A DNA stretch of 64,000 bases from Tubulanus polymorphus (taxonomy: Eukaryota; Animalia; Nemertea), in assembly GCF_964204645.1 (NCBI RefSeq), contig NC_134025.1:18141101-18205100 (forward strand), in the 5' to 3' direction. This document shows, piece after piece, positions 11,651 through 25,262 of the stretch. The notes under the pieces are model-generated. The model did no database searches and was not told the origin of the DNA. It was given only the letters and a program-made list of their open reading frames with translations. Each line of letters starts with the position of its first letter. Within the stretch, counting starts at the first letter, position 1. The translations under genes and the position numbers were made by a program.

Positions 11651-14600
11651 GTTTGAATCAAGACGAATATAGCACACCACCCACAGTCAAGAGTACCAGG
11701 AAACTCAGATCGGTGTTGTGATATCGCGGAATCACGGATACGTGGAATTTTCCAAAACATGGAATTTCTTCACTTTCACTATAAATTGTTGGTTTACCTA
11801 TGTTATGGTATGTTAAAACAACGAACATTCTCCGCTTTCTATAAGTTACTTGCGTTGGATTCACGGAATTTCCGGGAATTTCGGCACCTGTAACGTAAGT
11901 ATGGGAGTCACAAAATGGCGAGCAATTCATTTCACGTTCGTGTCGTGCTTAGTTTGTTTATAGTTTATAGTTGATTCATTGTGAGGATTTTAATGGAGTC
12001 GGCTATCTAATTTAGTATCTCAATTTAGTTAGTATGGTAATTTTGATAGAGTCCTAGCTTCGATATGTCTTGTCATTGTCTTATTTTGCCTGTAAAATAA
12101 TTCTTGGAAAGTAACTGCTAACGTTAATTTTGAAATATCATTTATATCAAATCTATCAACATTAATATTTCCTATTTTGAATACCTCCTTCAATAACATT
12201 GTGTAACCAACTGAGCCCACTGATAGTAATCCTCCATTATATAATCCAGTTATTATCCATTTATTATCACTCATTTATTTATCCAAAAAAATCTTCAAAA
12301 TATTTGGTTATCTTATTTATAATTATTTCAACATTAATTTCATTACTACTTTTATGATTATCATATATTTTAGATAATATGTTTTTATTATCATCGATAA
12401 TTCCATTTTCATTCAATTCATAATATTCGAAAGATGTTTTAATTAAATCAATTACTTTTTCTATATTATAATTTTCTTTATTAATCATTGATGCATTAAA
12501 TGATTTACTTTTAATAACAGTTATTACATCATTTAGTTTAATTCTCATTTCTTTACCATGTTTAAAATCAAACCCAAAACATATACTCGGTCCTACTGTT
12601 CATATTTATATATATATTCATATTCATATTTATTATTTTTTAAAAATTATTAATTAGGGTATCTGCTGCTTTCGCAGAAACCCTCTTGTAATTCTGTTGA
12701 TTATTATTATTTTAAATTTTCCACTTTCCAGCCAAAATTTTTTCATAAAATGTAACTCCTCTCAGATTCGACCACTAACAGCTTATAAACGTAATTTTCA
12801 TTTCTGTCGGAAATATAACTCTGACCATTTCGAATTTGCGTATAGTAATTTATTATGAATTAATCCCGTGTAATTACCGGGTCTAAACAGCGATAAGAAT
12901 AACGCAAAGCATTGTCATCCATTGATAAAAGTACATCCCGAAAAGTCTACAAATTACTGGACGACCTCGAGCTTCAAACTCGACCGTAAATCGCGAATTC
13001 AGACTTAAAATTAGTCCGGATCCGTCAATTACTGCGGACAATATGCAGCCAACATGGCGAATGGTTGAAATCATTTTCGGCTTAAATCTATCGCAAATTT
13101 ATGGCGAGTTTTAGGACTAAAATGAACTATGATCCCTAAAATGAGTCAATTGATTAATTCTATTAGTAAATCAATTTACGTTGGCTACATTTCCGTAATA
13201 TGGACAGGAATGGTAGGGATTTTCCTATGGAATTTTACTTCCGTGTTCACTTGACGACTCGGATCGATGACAACGACAGCAGAGTTCATGCAATTTAAGT
13301 CGAGAATCCACTAACTAGGGTATGTTAGACATGATTTCTTGGTCTAACTGCAATTAAGGTTACCTTTCCACTGGGTGATGCTATAATATGAGTACATATG
13401 ATAGCAAATGAGTACTCGGCAAAGCAATGATCATTGTTGGCTACCTACTTGCCTAATGACTAGCTTTTTGGGGGATACGCCTAGAATAGATTTAGGCCCT
13501 TAATGTAGTGTGTAGAGCCATTGGAAAGCCTTAGTTGTAAGTAAGGGGCTGGGTTACACTTATGTGTACGACTATTTATTTCGATTACTTCCTTTTCAGC
13601 TATTAATCGTGGATTGAACTGGTCACTACGGTCTTCAATTCCTTTGCCGATTCTTGCCGCTGGTGGGAATATATTTAAACCACAGTATACAAGTGTACGT
13701 TTCAAATTAAGCGTCTCAGATGCTGTAAGTACTTGACGTTTTGTGTAATTGTTTTTTTCTAATATCATGTTTAAAATATTTGGATCAGTAATCAGTCGTG
13801 CTAGTGTACATGCAGAATTGGATTCATTGTTATTATGGGATGATAATTCTCGAGCATCAAGAGTTCTACGATATACCCTTGATATGAAGCTTTTAAAAGT
13901 TTATCAGAGACTTGTTTTGGAGTAAACCGAATAGTCCTTAAATACCAATTCCACATTGCTTAACGGTCGGTGTCTATGCTCTGCGAGACAGCAGAAATAG
14001 ATTTCACGACAAACGCACGATTTACATATTTATTATACTTCTTTCACTCCCTAATTATATTACATAACTGAGTAATTCTTACATTAAATTGCTTAATTAC
14101 AGGTGGAAAGAGGTCAGATGGCATGAAAATCGACTGTGGCTGACTAATTGACGCGCGCAGATAGAGCGTTGAGGTTTCAAAAGATGTCGCCAAAATGCTT
14201 GTATCATCAGGGGTAGACAAATTATCCGAAGATAAATGAAAACTCCACCTTGTTGATCGTTGATTTAGCTGTAATTATTTCGTCTGGATCAATCGACATG
14301 TACTTCATTTCAAAACCTGTGTTCAGTAGAATTTCTTTCAATAAAATAAGAATCTATTTAACTAATTTTTTACTAATGTATTCAGGAGTGAATTTTAATT
14401 GATCTCAAAACCTGAGAAAGCATTCTTCAAAAATTTAGAAAATCCTAGACTCATAATCAAATTATTTGAAGTCATTTAAGGTCTTTTGCTCGAATCAAGC
14501 CAAGGGCTCAGGTAGCTAAAATTCAATTCCTCGCTGTCTTAATGCCGAGTACGACGGAGTTTACACACTGAAAAACGTCGCGCTGTGTAAGTGTAATTTG

Positions 14601-14869
14601 GATAAGTCAGCAATATAATGACGGCCCTGCCCCGCGCTCCATCTGAGACATAAACAAGTTGGACTGTATTGCTTCGATGCTTTGACAAATGGACTCCTAA
14701 TATCCACATATCCAGCATAATGTTGAGCAAGGTTGCGCTTCTTGGCAATAGTCATATGTTATGGACTAGAATTATTTCGATGAAATCTTCGTACGCTTCC
14801 CAGTTCGACATATGAACCAATTAGGTAGAAACCCGTTATCGCTGCTATGCAGCTACATTTATTCTTGAC

Positions 14870-15616
14870 ATCTTATCACTAATTCATAAATCACAGGAAA
14901 GTTATTCAAATCAATTAAGTATCCATTATGATTTCTAATTTCGAACTTAAATTATTATTATTAAATTGTGAAATACAAGGCTTAAAATCACATTCTGTTG
15001 AATTATAATTTATTTGTGTTCCTAATTCTTTAACGTTTTTCAATGGTAAAATATTGAATACACTAGAATTACAAGCTGTATCTTTAGTTGCTTCGAATGT
15101 TTTTGTAGGATCGTTTAAATTGCAATAAATATAAAAATGTGTGTAAAGTATTAAGTTTGGTGTAGCATCAATATTTGTAAAAGATGTGGAGGAATTCCTA
15201 ACAGTTTAGCTATAGGTTTTTTACCATAGATTTATGTTTTTCACTATGAGTTAACCTTATCTTTATTTTATCAGAACTATCACATTCTAAAAATCTAATG
15301 TTAATCCCGGAATCACTACCTAATTTGTACCAGGCTTTTCTATTAATTTCTTGTGATAATGTATTTGAATTATATAACCCTGGTTTTAAATATATATAGA
15401 ACCATTCATTTTTATTTTTATTAAAAATTAAAATTCTCTATGTTCAATAGTTTCATTCGATATATTGTAAAATGAGTTACATAAACTAATATTTACTAAT
15501 TTTAAATCAACACAATTTCTAAATGTTCAATCTAGTTGTATCAATAAATTATGAGATTTATAGTTTGTAAGTCTTCTAGAATCAACACATATTCTATAGT
15601 CTTTTAATTCTACCAT
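14870..15616 (-). pseudogene. Minor capsid (penton-like) protein
   Basis: Homologous to 35170-35914 and 61320-62063; frameshifted. Confidence 0.75.
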
Positions 15617-15632
15617 TTATTTTACATATTTT

Positions 15633-15977
15633 TTATTCGAAATCTATATCATGACGTCCTTTTTCATTCTTACCTATATATATGAAATAGAAATCACCTG
15701 AATATAATTCTTCAATATCTTCACTAGATAATCTATGAAATCTATCTGGTAAATATGTTCGGAATTTATATTTATTTCCTTTTAATCCTTCATATTCTAA
15801 GTGAATAACTTATTTATTACCATATCTATTAGTAATTGTTTCAATATTTGTAATTAAATATTTCTTATGTAATGTTAATTCTGTTAACTTTTTGATTTTA
15901 TAATCTACAGATTTAACACTTCTTGTAGTATCTTTGATTCTATTTAAGAATTCACTGTTTATTTGTTTACTCTCCAT
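15633..15977 (-). pseudogene. Small conserved Polinton ORF upstream of the minor capsid gene (possible OB-fold)
   Basis: MESKQINSEF...KKYLITNIETITNRYGNK*...FRTYLPDRFHRLSSEDIEELYSGDFYFIYIGKNEKGRHDIDFE with one stop; fragments also at ~35135 and 62077-62220. Confidence 0.6.
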
Positions 15978-16555
15978 TTATTGTATAAATTTTTTATTGA
16001 AATTGATTTTCATTTATATAATGTTCATATATATGAATATATTACCCCTATATGTCTTTATCTCCTTAGTAGTTCTAGTATATAAAGAATATATAAAAAA
16101 TAATTTATATATAATATTTATTTATCACACAGATTTATATATATATTACTATTGCAATAATAATAATATTTATTCATCCGATAGATTTTATATATTCCTG
16201 TTTCAATAATAATAATATTTATTCATCTGATAGATTTTATATATTTCAGTTTCAATAATGATATTATATTTATCTCACAGATTCATCATACATATTTTTT
16301 ATTTTTTAATACTACTTTATATTATTTATGTACTAAAAGTACTAAAGCCATAAAGACACAACACTCAAATGTTTGAAACCCCCTTTTTTATTAACTATTT
16401 TTATACATTTCAACCAATATATTTTATATTTTTCACACTATATTCAAAAATATATCAGAGTAATAGGTAATAAGTGTCTTTTCATTTCAGAGGTTGAGAG
16501 GGGCGAGTGAGTGAAAATGAGCTCGACCTCTCGACCTCTGGTATGAAAAGACCGT

Positions 16556-17400
16556 CATGTAATTAGCTGATAATGACGGTGTTGCTGAAAATAAAACCGT
16601 CGTCAATGTCTCAGGTCAGAGCTGGAACGTTCTTCAAGATGTTTTGACCAACACATCAATCAGCGTCATACCAATATCCGGTACGGTAACTAAGCGCGAT
16701 ATCGTTCGCGACGCGTCAAAAATCTACGATTCACTTGGATACTTGTCACCGATCATTATTAATGCAAGAATTCTTAACCAGGATTTATGGAAAGTACCGA
16801 ACTTAACTTGGGACGACCAAGTATCGCCGGAGATTTTCAAAAGATGGTTTGCGATCGCTGAGGATTTAGAATTTGCGTCACATTTTAGTTTCAATCGCAA
16901 ACTGTTCAGCGTTTCACCGATCGACGGCACGGAATATCAGCTTCATATCTTTTGTGATAGTAGAACGTCCAGTTATAGTTGTTCCGCTTATCTCTTCGTA
17001 AATGGCCAGACGTCATAGTGTATGGCTAAATCTCGCGTAGCGCCACTAAAGCAGATTTCAATACCTCGATTAGAGTTGTTGGCGGCAGTGATTGGGTCGC
17101 GCCTATCTCGGCATGTACGACAGATTCGGTGGATTCTTTGAACGATTGGTTGGTTTAGTGAAACTCAAAGAAAACGTTAAGGCTAGCGAAACTAGGGTTT
17201 ACCGAATTACAAACCGTAGTCACCGAAATAGAGCCCGCATTGAACGACCGTCCGATTACCGCCGTATTCAAGATCCGCAATGTCAGATCCGCAACCGTTA
17301 ACGCCATCGCAATTATTTATGGGTCGTCAAATTAGCGGTATACCATACAAATTAGTTAATATCGACGACTTACCCGATCCCGACTACATTCAACATTCAG
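16556..17400 (+). mobile_element. BEL/Pao pol remnant (RNase H region and integrase C-terminus)
   Basis: VTKRDIVRDASKIYDSLGYLSP, LHIFCDS, MAKSRVAPLKQISIPRLELLAA, GGFFERLVGLVK, PLTPSQL. Confidence 0.88.
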
Positions 17401-18439
17401 ACGTTCAGAACGCGCGGCTCGAATGCGTGCCTATAGCGTGCTGATTGTGAATTGCTTACGCAATCCTATCTGTAAATGTGAAGACCTCTAGGGCATTATG
17501 TTTTCTATTAAACCTTATCCCACAAACGGGACTGCTAATAGGTTGATTTTGATGGCATGGAAATACTGTCAAAATTAAAATAGCATTTTGACGCGTCAAA
17601 CGACGCGTCAGATTCATTTCATTAAAAATTTTATCTCATTTTCAAATGAGATAAAATCATGCATTTAATCATTATGCATTTAATTAAGATGTATATGGTC
17701 CAGAGGGTTTGGGTTAAGGTAGGTTGAGGGCTATGTGTAGGTAAAACATTGACCAACTGTATTTGGCTGCGTCGTTGGTCTAGCAGTGTCACTGCGCAAG
17801 CTGCTTGCAGGCCTGAGTTCGAATACTGTTCTTTTCTCTCTGTTGTATTGTCTCTACAAATTGTTTGAGTCGCGGGATTAGTGTGGGATTCTAATTAGAG
17901 CAAATTACTATGAGCAGAATTGCCCATATATAACAGAAATAATGCCTCGTCGGTGATCCTGTACCCAAAAACTGACCTGATCAGGGTTTGCAAGGGTTGA
18001 TTCCTTACCGCCAACATAAACCCTTCATTGGTCTATTATTGCCCAAGGTTTCTTTGGACAGGTTGCTACTACTAGGCGGCCACAAGTCTGTATTGTATAT
18101 TATGTAGCAATAATAATAATACACTGAATTGGATACCAGCAAAACCAGATGGCGCGACAAAACACCGGGTTATTCGTAATGAAAATCAGTTCATTTTCAA
18201 TGAAATTTGAACTTTACTTTTAGGCTTTCAAATGAGAAAATTATCAAACGACTCATCGAATAGATATAAGATTCCCTTTCTCACTCAGTGGATGGTATTG
18301 ATTTCACTGAAAATTGATATACTAATCAGAAAAGTTGACTCGTATTTAATTGAAATGTAGAAGAAATTGAAGCGCGGTAACCCAGTGCCACTAGCGATCC
18401 ACTAGTAGCCTTGCCGGTATCCCATTGTAACAGCTCCCG

Positions 18440-18529
18440 CGAAGAGCTTTCGAAGCAGGGGTGAATCTAGGGACGGTGGGACCCCGAAGAGCTTTCGAAG
18501 CAGGGGTGAATCTAGGGACGGTGGGACCC
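18440..18529. repeat. Perfect 45-bp tandem duplication
   Basis: CGAAGAGCTTTCGAAGCAGGGGTGAATCTAGGGACGGTGGGACCC x2. Confidence 0.9.
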
Positions 18530-19015
18530 GAGAGACCAGGGCCACTTCCCCTCGAAGTTCCGAGCGTGTATTTCTTATTTTCCCGAATACTGTCGGCTTG
18601 AGATTTATGTTGTCTACTCATTTCCTCTTGAATTAGTTCTCAAATGCAACAATTGCACAATTGTGCACATGGAATTTGAAATATTCTGGCGGATGACCCC
18701 CAGATCCCCAGATTAGCACGCTCTAATAGAGCAAACCAGGTCCGGTTCAAATTTTGGACCGGTCTAAATCTTTATGTGTGGTCATGATTCTGAATCTCTG
18801 CGGTAGATGTCTCGACCTCTGCGGTTGAGTGTGAGTCCAGTTTATTAAGTTTTAAATACTCTTATTACCGTTTATGTATTCATTTTTTATGTACTGTTTT
18901 TCCCTCCCTATTCTCTAGCGCGTAATTCGTATTCGCATGTCTCATAATTCGTATTCGCATGAATCACGTTCAAACGATATTTTCTGCGTGATACAATAAA
19001 ATCGAATACGCAAAA

Positions 19016-19111
19016 ATGTCTTAACCTGACAGAGGATCGAATTGGTCAAATGAAGAGTATCCTGCTCTACTTGGAATCTGGAAGCAAGACTTCATCCAGG
19101 CCCAGTTGATT
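19016..19111 (+). pseudogene. Myb/SANT-like (Harbinger-type) fragment
   Basis: MS*PDRGSNWSNEEYPALLGIWKQDFIQAQL matches the WSxEExxALLxIW trihelix pattern. Confidence 0.5.
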
Positions 19112-19324
19112 ATTCAGCATATGGCGACATCTTGTGGGCCCGGTGAACCCTCACCAAAATTTGGTGAACGCGATTCTAGGTTCATAGAAACAGGCCAATA
19201 GTGGTGCTTAACATAGGAAAAGATTACATATTAACATGACAACAACCAGATCAGGGTTAAGAGAACATTTAAAGACATTTAGATAATATGGTGAAAAGGG
19301 AGATCATCACTCGGCAAATACGAC

Positions 19325-19806
19325 CCCAGGGTGTCTATCTTGGAAATCCTGTAAGTACGATAATGCCTAGAATTCTTGATGGATTTCCATGAAATATTTG
19401 GGACGATTGGGGCGCGTATAATTAAAATGCGGGTTATTGGTAATTAAATATGGCCATTAGGGCAGCTATCTTGAATTTCCTGTAAGCGCGAAATTTCAGG
19501 CGGATTTTCGTGAAACTTACTGTGAGGATTGAGGCAAGTGAGATGTCTATTTGGAGATCCTCGACCATCAAATATGGCCGATAGGGCAGCCATCTGAATT
19601 TCTAGTTAGCGATACAGCCCATAATTCTTGATGGATTTCCATGAATCGTGATGTGATGAGTAGAAACAGGTAGATTCATCCGAAGTAAATGAACAGTTGT
19701 GAATGAACAGAAGTGAGCTCAGCTTTTTTATAAAATATGCAATATGTTTACGTTACCTATCTTCAATTTCCCGCGGAGACATACCTGGCTTTGTCACATT
19801 CTAGTT
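19325..19806 (+). mobile_element. 5'-truncated HINE-like element with degenerate tandem units
   Basis: Repeated GGGCAGC(T/C)ATCTTGAATTTC and AATTCTTGATGGATTTCCATGAA; ends CGGAGACATAC...CATTCTAGTT, like the element at 94-1194. Confidence 0.5.
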
Positions 19807-22484
19807 TTGTCATTTATCAGTTGTATAAAGATTTGATTTCAATGGGATTTGAAGCTTATTTTAAAGAAAATTTAAACTAATTTGAATTACTCAAATTCAA
19901 GTCACGTTTTGCGTATTTTTGGTTTTGTGATCTCGTGTATATGAAAACGCTTATATGAAGAATATATATATAGTACGCTAATGCAATGATTTGTAACTAG
20001 TTAACAAGACCCTTCAACTTATCGGTCATCAATAATGTTAGGTGTATTCAGAATTTGGGTGTGGTTCCTATTCTGCTGGAAAACTAGTAGCGCTTTAGGG
20101 GTAAATGAATACGTTCGAATCTATCAATAGATCGTTAAAATGATGTCTTATAGCTCGATTGTGGGTTTGAATTTTCACGTTAGGTGTACATACGCATATA
20201 CGTTAGAAAAGCTCCATGGCTTCTATTTCTAATCTTTATGATAGTCTATCTTTCAAAGATAAACCGATGAAGAAAGCTGCGTGCCGTACTTAAACCGAAT
20301 ACTAGAAAATGCTTTTGGTGAATTTCGGTAACATGCGATTTCAATAATCTTAAAATATAATAACGTAAAAACTCCCGGATGGAGCGCAAAACATATGAGT
20401 GGCTTAGATGCATTTCGATAAAGTACAGGTTCAACCACAGTGTGTCTTTCTATGAATATATTGAGTGATTCTTATTGATCCATCTTTATAAAGGGCGTGT
20501 TTCTTGAATGTACATGGATATGAATGTGTGCTATAGATATTCGACGTCGCTCAAAACACTGGTATACGGTATGTCTATGAAACAAAACCGATGACCAGAA
20601 CAAACTACACGTTATATATCATACACATGTTTTTTCATTCGTAGGGAACTCCCGTAATTTTTTTTGAATAGTTGAGAAACGGCGTTGTGTCGGAATGGAT
20701 CATCGTGAGAGGCCTGTAAAGGATACTATATTGACACTTGAAGAAAACCGCATTTCCGTGATAAAAAGATTAAGAAAATGGTTTTGCGAACTTAATGTAT
20801 CAATTGATTATCCAGAAAAAAATACATGTGCATGTATAATGAAGTTCTTTTCATTCGAGCAATTCATTCGAATTGCCTTTTGTAAATAAGCATGTTAAAA
20901 GGCCCGTGCGATTGAGAAAGTGAGTGACGGATTAATGAATGTTGTTAATAAGTATCCGAAACTGTGTTTCACAATGCATAATGTGAAATAAATAAGAAAA
21001 GCAAGAAATTGAATGAATATGAAATTGATTTGAATTGATAAGCACTGCAAACTGTAATGTTTTTACGAATTAACTATTGAAAACAGCAAACCGTTCTTAC
21101 GAAATTGTGACCTAATCTAATGAAATATTGCACTCACCATTTTCATTGGTTAAAGTCTAAATCACCGTGGCTAGAAGAAAAGTCCACTGTTACGCTGTGT
21201 ATTTCCGATTCAGAAATACCAAACTTGTGATGTACAACGTTAACACTGATGTCGTAATGTCAGGAACGTGATGATTGCCTGAAACGCTTCTAAACAATCG
21301 ATACCAAGCGAAATAGATTCCGCACATGATATTATATATGCGGATGAAAATCAATGTGATGCCATCTAGAAATGCCTCCTCTGTCAAAATTTTAGGATTC
21401 AACTTTAGCTCAAATATCTTAATCCATAGATCATTCAACTGATCTGGTAGCATTCTGGATCGTTCAATTAGTGCTTATGCACGATAGGGAGGGAGGGGCT
21501 CAGCGAAAATGCAAGCAACTGCGTATGGGAGAGGGAGGGGATCTAAGCAGACGTACGCACCATCTGATGCCATTTTTCTGTTACAGGATTGAGAAAACGA
21601 TACAGTATTGGTTTACAATGCGCTATACTTCAATGAAACAAAGAAGCAATTTAATCACATCTTGTGTTGTTCTAACGATCACCGTGGTGGCCGCATCGGC
21701 CAAATTTTGAAAAAAATGATATGATTCTGGTCGTGTCCAGTTAGACTTCGGCTTGGCTTAACTATACCTTACACAGCCGTGTAGGTTCACGATTTGAAGT
21801 GATTCGGTTTATATCAAATACAATTTGAAGTGAATCGGCTCATATCAATACACCGCTCGGTGCACAGAGTTACTACGATATCGCCGTGATTCGTTCAGCT
21901 TATACAGGTCGAATCCCATTTATTGATCTGTATGATATGTGTGTTGCTTTGTTACTAATTGCATATTTAGGATTTAAACCACTTGATTTTATGTAAGCAA
22001 ATAAGGAAATAAATCACTAGTACATACGTTTATTCCCTGTTGACTCTATTTATTGTCTCGATTTTAATTCAATATTCTTTTTGCATCCATTGAACTCATC
22101 GTGTATATTTTAAATTCTACTACGTATTCGACGTGGTGGTGAAAAAGTCTAGAGAAAAACATTTTAGTTTTAAAGAGAATAACTGCGGTCAACAATGCGT
22201 TAATATGTTGAATGATTAAATCCTTTGAGCTCGGAAACAATGGGGATTAATAAGATTAAAGGTTTTGTTAAATATAACAAAAAATACTGCCTTGCTATTG
22301 TCAGATTGAGTCAGGTGGAACTTGAATTTAGCCCACATGCTTAAGTTGTTAATCAAAATTACTGTTCACAATCATAAATCATTTATTTCCAATTTTTTCA
22401 TTAATAACATTAAAATGGACTTCGAGGGAAAAGGAAGGTTTGTTCTTTTGAGGAATATGACTGGAGGGATAATGATTGAGGGAT

Positions 22485-23197
22485 TTAGGCAGGAATACGC
22501 TCTCCAGCAGTCGCTCATGATTGTTGTTCCCGGCAGTATCCACTTTTCGATAATCGGTATCAGGGTATCGCTATCACGTTTATCGACACTGACCATAAAC
22601 ACATTCTTATTATTCCCTCTCTCAAAGCCCCCGAAAACCCATTGCCCATCGACGCATCGTCCTCGGTTGAATTTCCGTTTTCCGAACTTGCTTTCATCGA
22701 TTTCCACTACTTTTCCTGGTCCGCCTATGGCTTTACAATTGTCAAAAAACAACCAGTTCGCAAACTTCACGGAAAAAACTAGCCCAGTCGACAATAGTTT
22801 TGCTGGATAAGCCCATTTCAGTCTGTATAACGGTCTGCTGTACTCCGCGCGATAACCAATACGTTATTTCTAATATCTCTGCGATCGTTAAGTTAGATTT
22901 AGAAAACCAACTGTCGTCTCGAACCGACTTAAACCGTTGGTGTAACACACCATCAACACGTTTTTGGCAACTCCACCGCCATCCTTCACTCGCAGATTTT
23001 TTGCTGATGTCCAATGACAATTTCATTTCATCATTACAAACCGGACACTGACGTGAAGCTGCAATCAATTTACGATCCATTAACCAGTCAATAGTTCCAC
23101 GTCTTGTATTCATGATTGTTCCAATTAATTCTTTATAGGTGATGACTTTTTTCTTATCGTCTCTCTCATCAATCATGTTTATTGTTCCACTTCGCAA
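22485..23197 (-). mobile_element. Merlin (IS1595/ISXO2-like) DDE transposase pseudogene
   Basis: CPVC..WRWSC..SVRDDSWF zinc/HTH region; VVEIDESKFGKRKFNRGR...WVFGG...ILPGTTIMSDCWRAY. Frameshift at ~22770 and C-terminally truncated. Confidence 0.9.
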
Positions 23198-23741
23198 AGT
23201 GATCTAAAAATGAGCCTAGAGCCATACTCCATATTAGCCAATTTTTAATTCGACCGTTCATAACCTTTCATTTCGGCTCATTTCTATTGGCCAAACTTTG
23301 ATAACAAAGTGTTATGGAACAATGAACGGTAAACAGGTTAACCGCAAACAAATGTGGAAATATGATTACCACTAGCACTTGTTCAGCTTCGTTGAACAAT
23401 GCATTGATTTAGATTTATTCATTGCTTCTATTCAATATACCGCGCATTAACACACTTGTTAGTGGGCTGCAGCCGTTAGTACAGGGCCTGTAATTATCAA
23501 AACCACTAGTTTTAAAATCCTAAGTAAATTACTAATTACCACTTTAATTTCGGTGTGACTATTTCCTGTCAAAGTTGCCTGTTTAGAATCTTGACCCAAG
23601 CAAATCGAATTAAGTACTAGCACTAAAACCCTAATTTGTCATTGTTTCTGCAATTGTTTACCGATTCGTTGATGCACGTGCATCGATTCCAAAAAGTATT
23701 AATGCTTAACTCTCGCAACGATATCCTCACACAAACTGATC

Positions 23742-25262
23742 ATGGAGTCGAAGTATACAGCCCGCGTCGACGCATGTTACCAGTTGCCGCTACCCGATGA
23801 TGTAGCCGACAATTTGACCATAGACATCTTGAAACAGTACTCAAACACTCGTGCTTTTCCGTTGGAATATATCTTAATGCCGACGATTACAGCTGCAGCG
23901 TACTTCATGCATCGTTCTCAAATACATGCCTTTAAATCGTACTGACAACCAAACATTTTGTTTTGCATGGCTATCGGATCGTCCGGTACAAATAAAAGCG
24001 GCGCTATGGATTTAGTTAGAGAAGCAGTCGTTTCAGTCGAATCCGTATCGGATATGAAACCTGAGGATTCACATATCAATCAATGTAAGTTGAATTACGT
24101 TTTTCCTTATTATAAAAAAATTATTTCAACAGGCACCTTTCAACAGACCACACATACTTTAATCTATGACACTTTCATTGCAGCAACTACAGTAGAATCG
24201 CTACTTAAAGTGATGCAGACAACCCCAAATTTGATTCAACTATGGGACGAGATGACGACGTGGACTGGCACTCTCGGTCTTTATAAACCAAACGCAGCCG
24301 CCGACTACGATCGCAGTATCTACTGCACAGCATACAATGGACCGGCCTCAATGAAGAAACAAAATTGCCAAGGTAAAAACTGTTTACCACCATTTCCGCC
24401 AATGTTAAAAATTATGTGTTCATGTGTCATAAAGCCCTTAATTGTATTTCCTTTTTTTATAGTTACTATACTAGTGGAGAATCCGACGCTCAATATTTGT
24501 GGCATGTCACATCCGGATGCCACATGCAAGTTGCTCGACCAAGAAAAATCACAAAGGACGACGGGTTGTACAGTCGCTTTTTGATGGTTCTCCCTAAACC
24601 TGTTTTCCCTAGGGATCCGGACTCCATTGGATATGTCAACGCACAGACTCCATCTTTGCAACGGTAAGAAATAAAATAAATTCCAAAACTTCATACTTTA
24701 CAATTATTGTACATTGATTCTTTGTCGTTTAACTACAGTATTGCCTTTTTCGTTTCAGCCTATTGTATATGGTACACGCTAGCTACGTAGGAGGGTTTCA
24801 TGTATACGAATACGACGACGATGCTAAGGAGGTTATTAAAGAAAATTGGGCAAAAACGCTGGACTTTCTTGAGGCCAATCACTACAAGAATCCATATCTT
24901 TCGGCAGTTTATAGCAAAGCCAAATGACAGTTACAACGAATGGCTATGGTCTTGCAAGCAACGAACGACGCTGCAACATTGTTGAGTCAAGTAGAGTGCG
25001 GCAAATCTTTGGACGATGTGTTCAACTGACAAATCGACGATCTACTGAAATTACAAAACAATGAAACTGTGACTGTTTTCAAATCAGAACAGAAATATGA
25101 GGCGTTTATTCACGCGATTACAAAGGAAACAGCTGTACGCGCACTCCGATTAATCAATCACATGATCACGCACAAACTGTTCTTGTCAGGAATTATCGAT
25201 AATGTGGGCGGTGATTTAAACGTGTTGCCGTCACGCCTGGCTACAAAAATACTCCTTACACC
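23742..25262 (+). pseudogene. Intron-containing DUF3987-like (YfjI-like AAA+/helicase) gene
   Basis: PLEYILMP..AAA; Walker A-like IGSSGTNKSGAM; ATTVESL; Walker B LWDEM; DRSIYCTAYNG; LNICGMSHP; DDGLYSRFL. Probable GT-AG introns at ~24084-24183, 24372-24461 and 24664-24758; internal stops. Confidence 0.65.

Larger units (their letters stand above)
12110..16553 (-). mobile_element. Polinton copy P2/P3 (structural-gene fragment plus terminus), split by a ~2.2 kb insert
   Basis: Collinear MSDNKW (12110-12274), MNITVG-like (12279-12603), minor capsid (14870-15616), small ORF (15633-15977), non-coding module and terminal hairpin. Confidence 0.8.

Noticed and set aside
14560-14680. SDGARGRA-like stretch reminiscent of a mononegavirus L methyltransferase motif
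   Set aside because: Too short, requires frameshifts and has no supporting motifs.
20100-21460. Possible degraded minus-strand coding sequence
   Set aside because: Many stops in all frames and no recognisable motif.
22322-23051. Plus-strand ORFs of 162 and 83 aa
   Set aside because: Antisense shadows of the Merlin transposase; the same applies to 25467, 34782, 39820, 41925 and 53333 relative to their sense genes.
22485-23197. Bacterial IS1595, suggesting contamination
   Set aside because: The context is eukaryotic and the sequence fits the eukaryotic Merlin superfamily.
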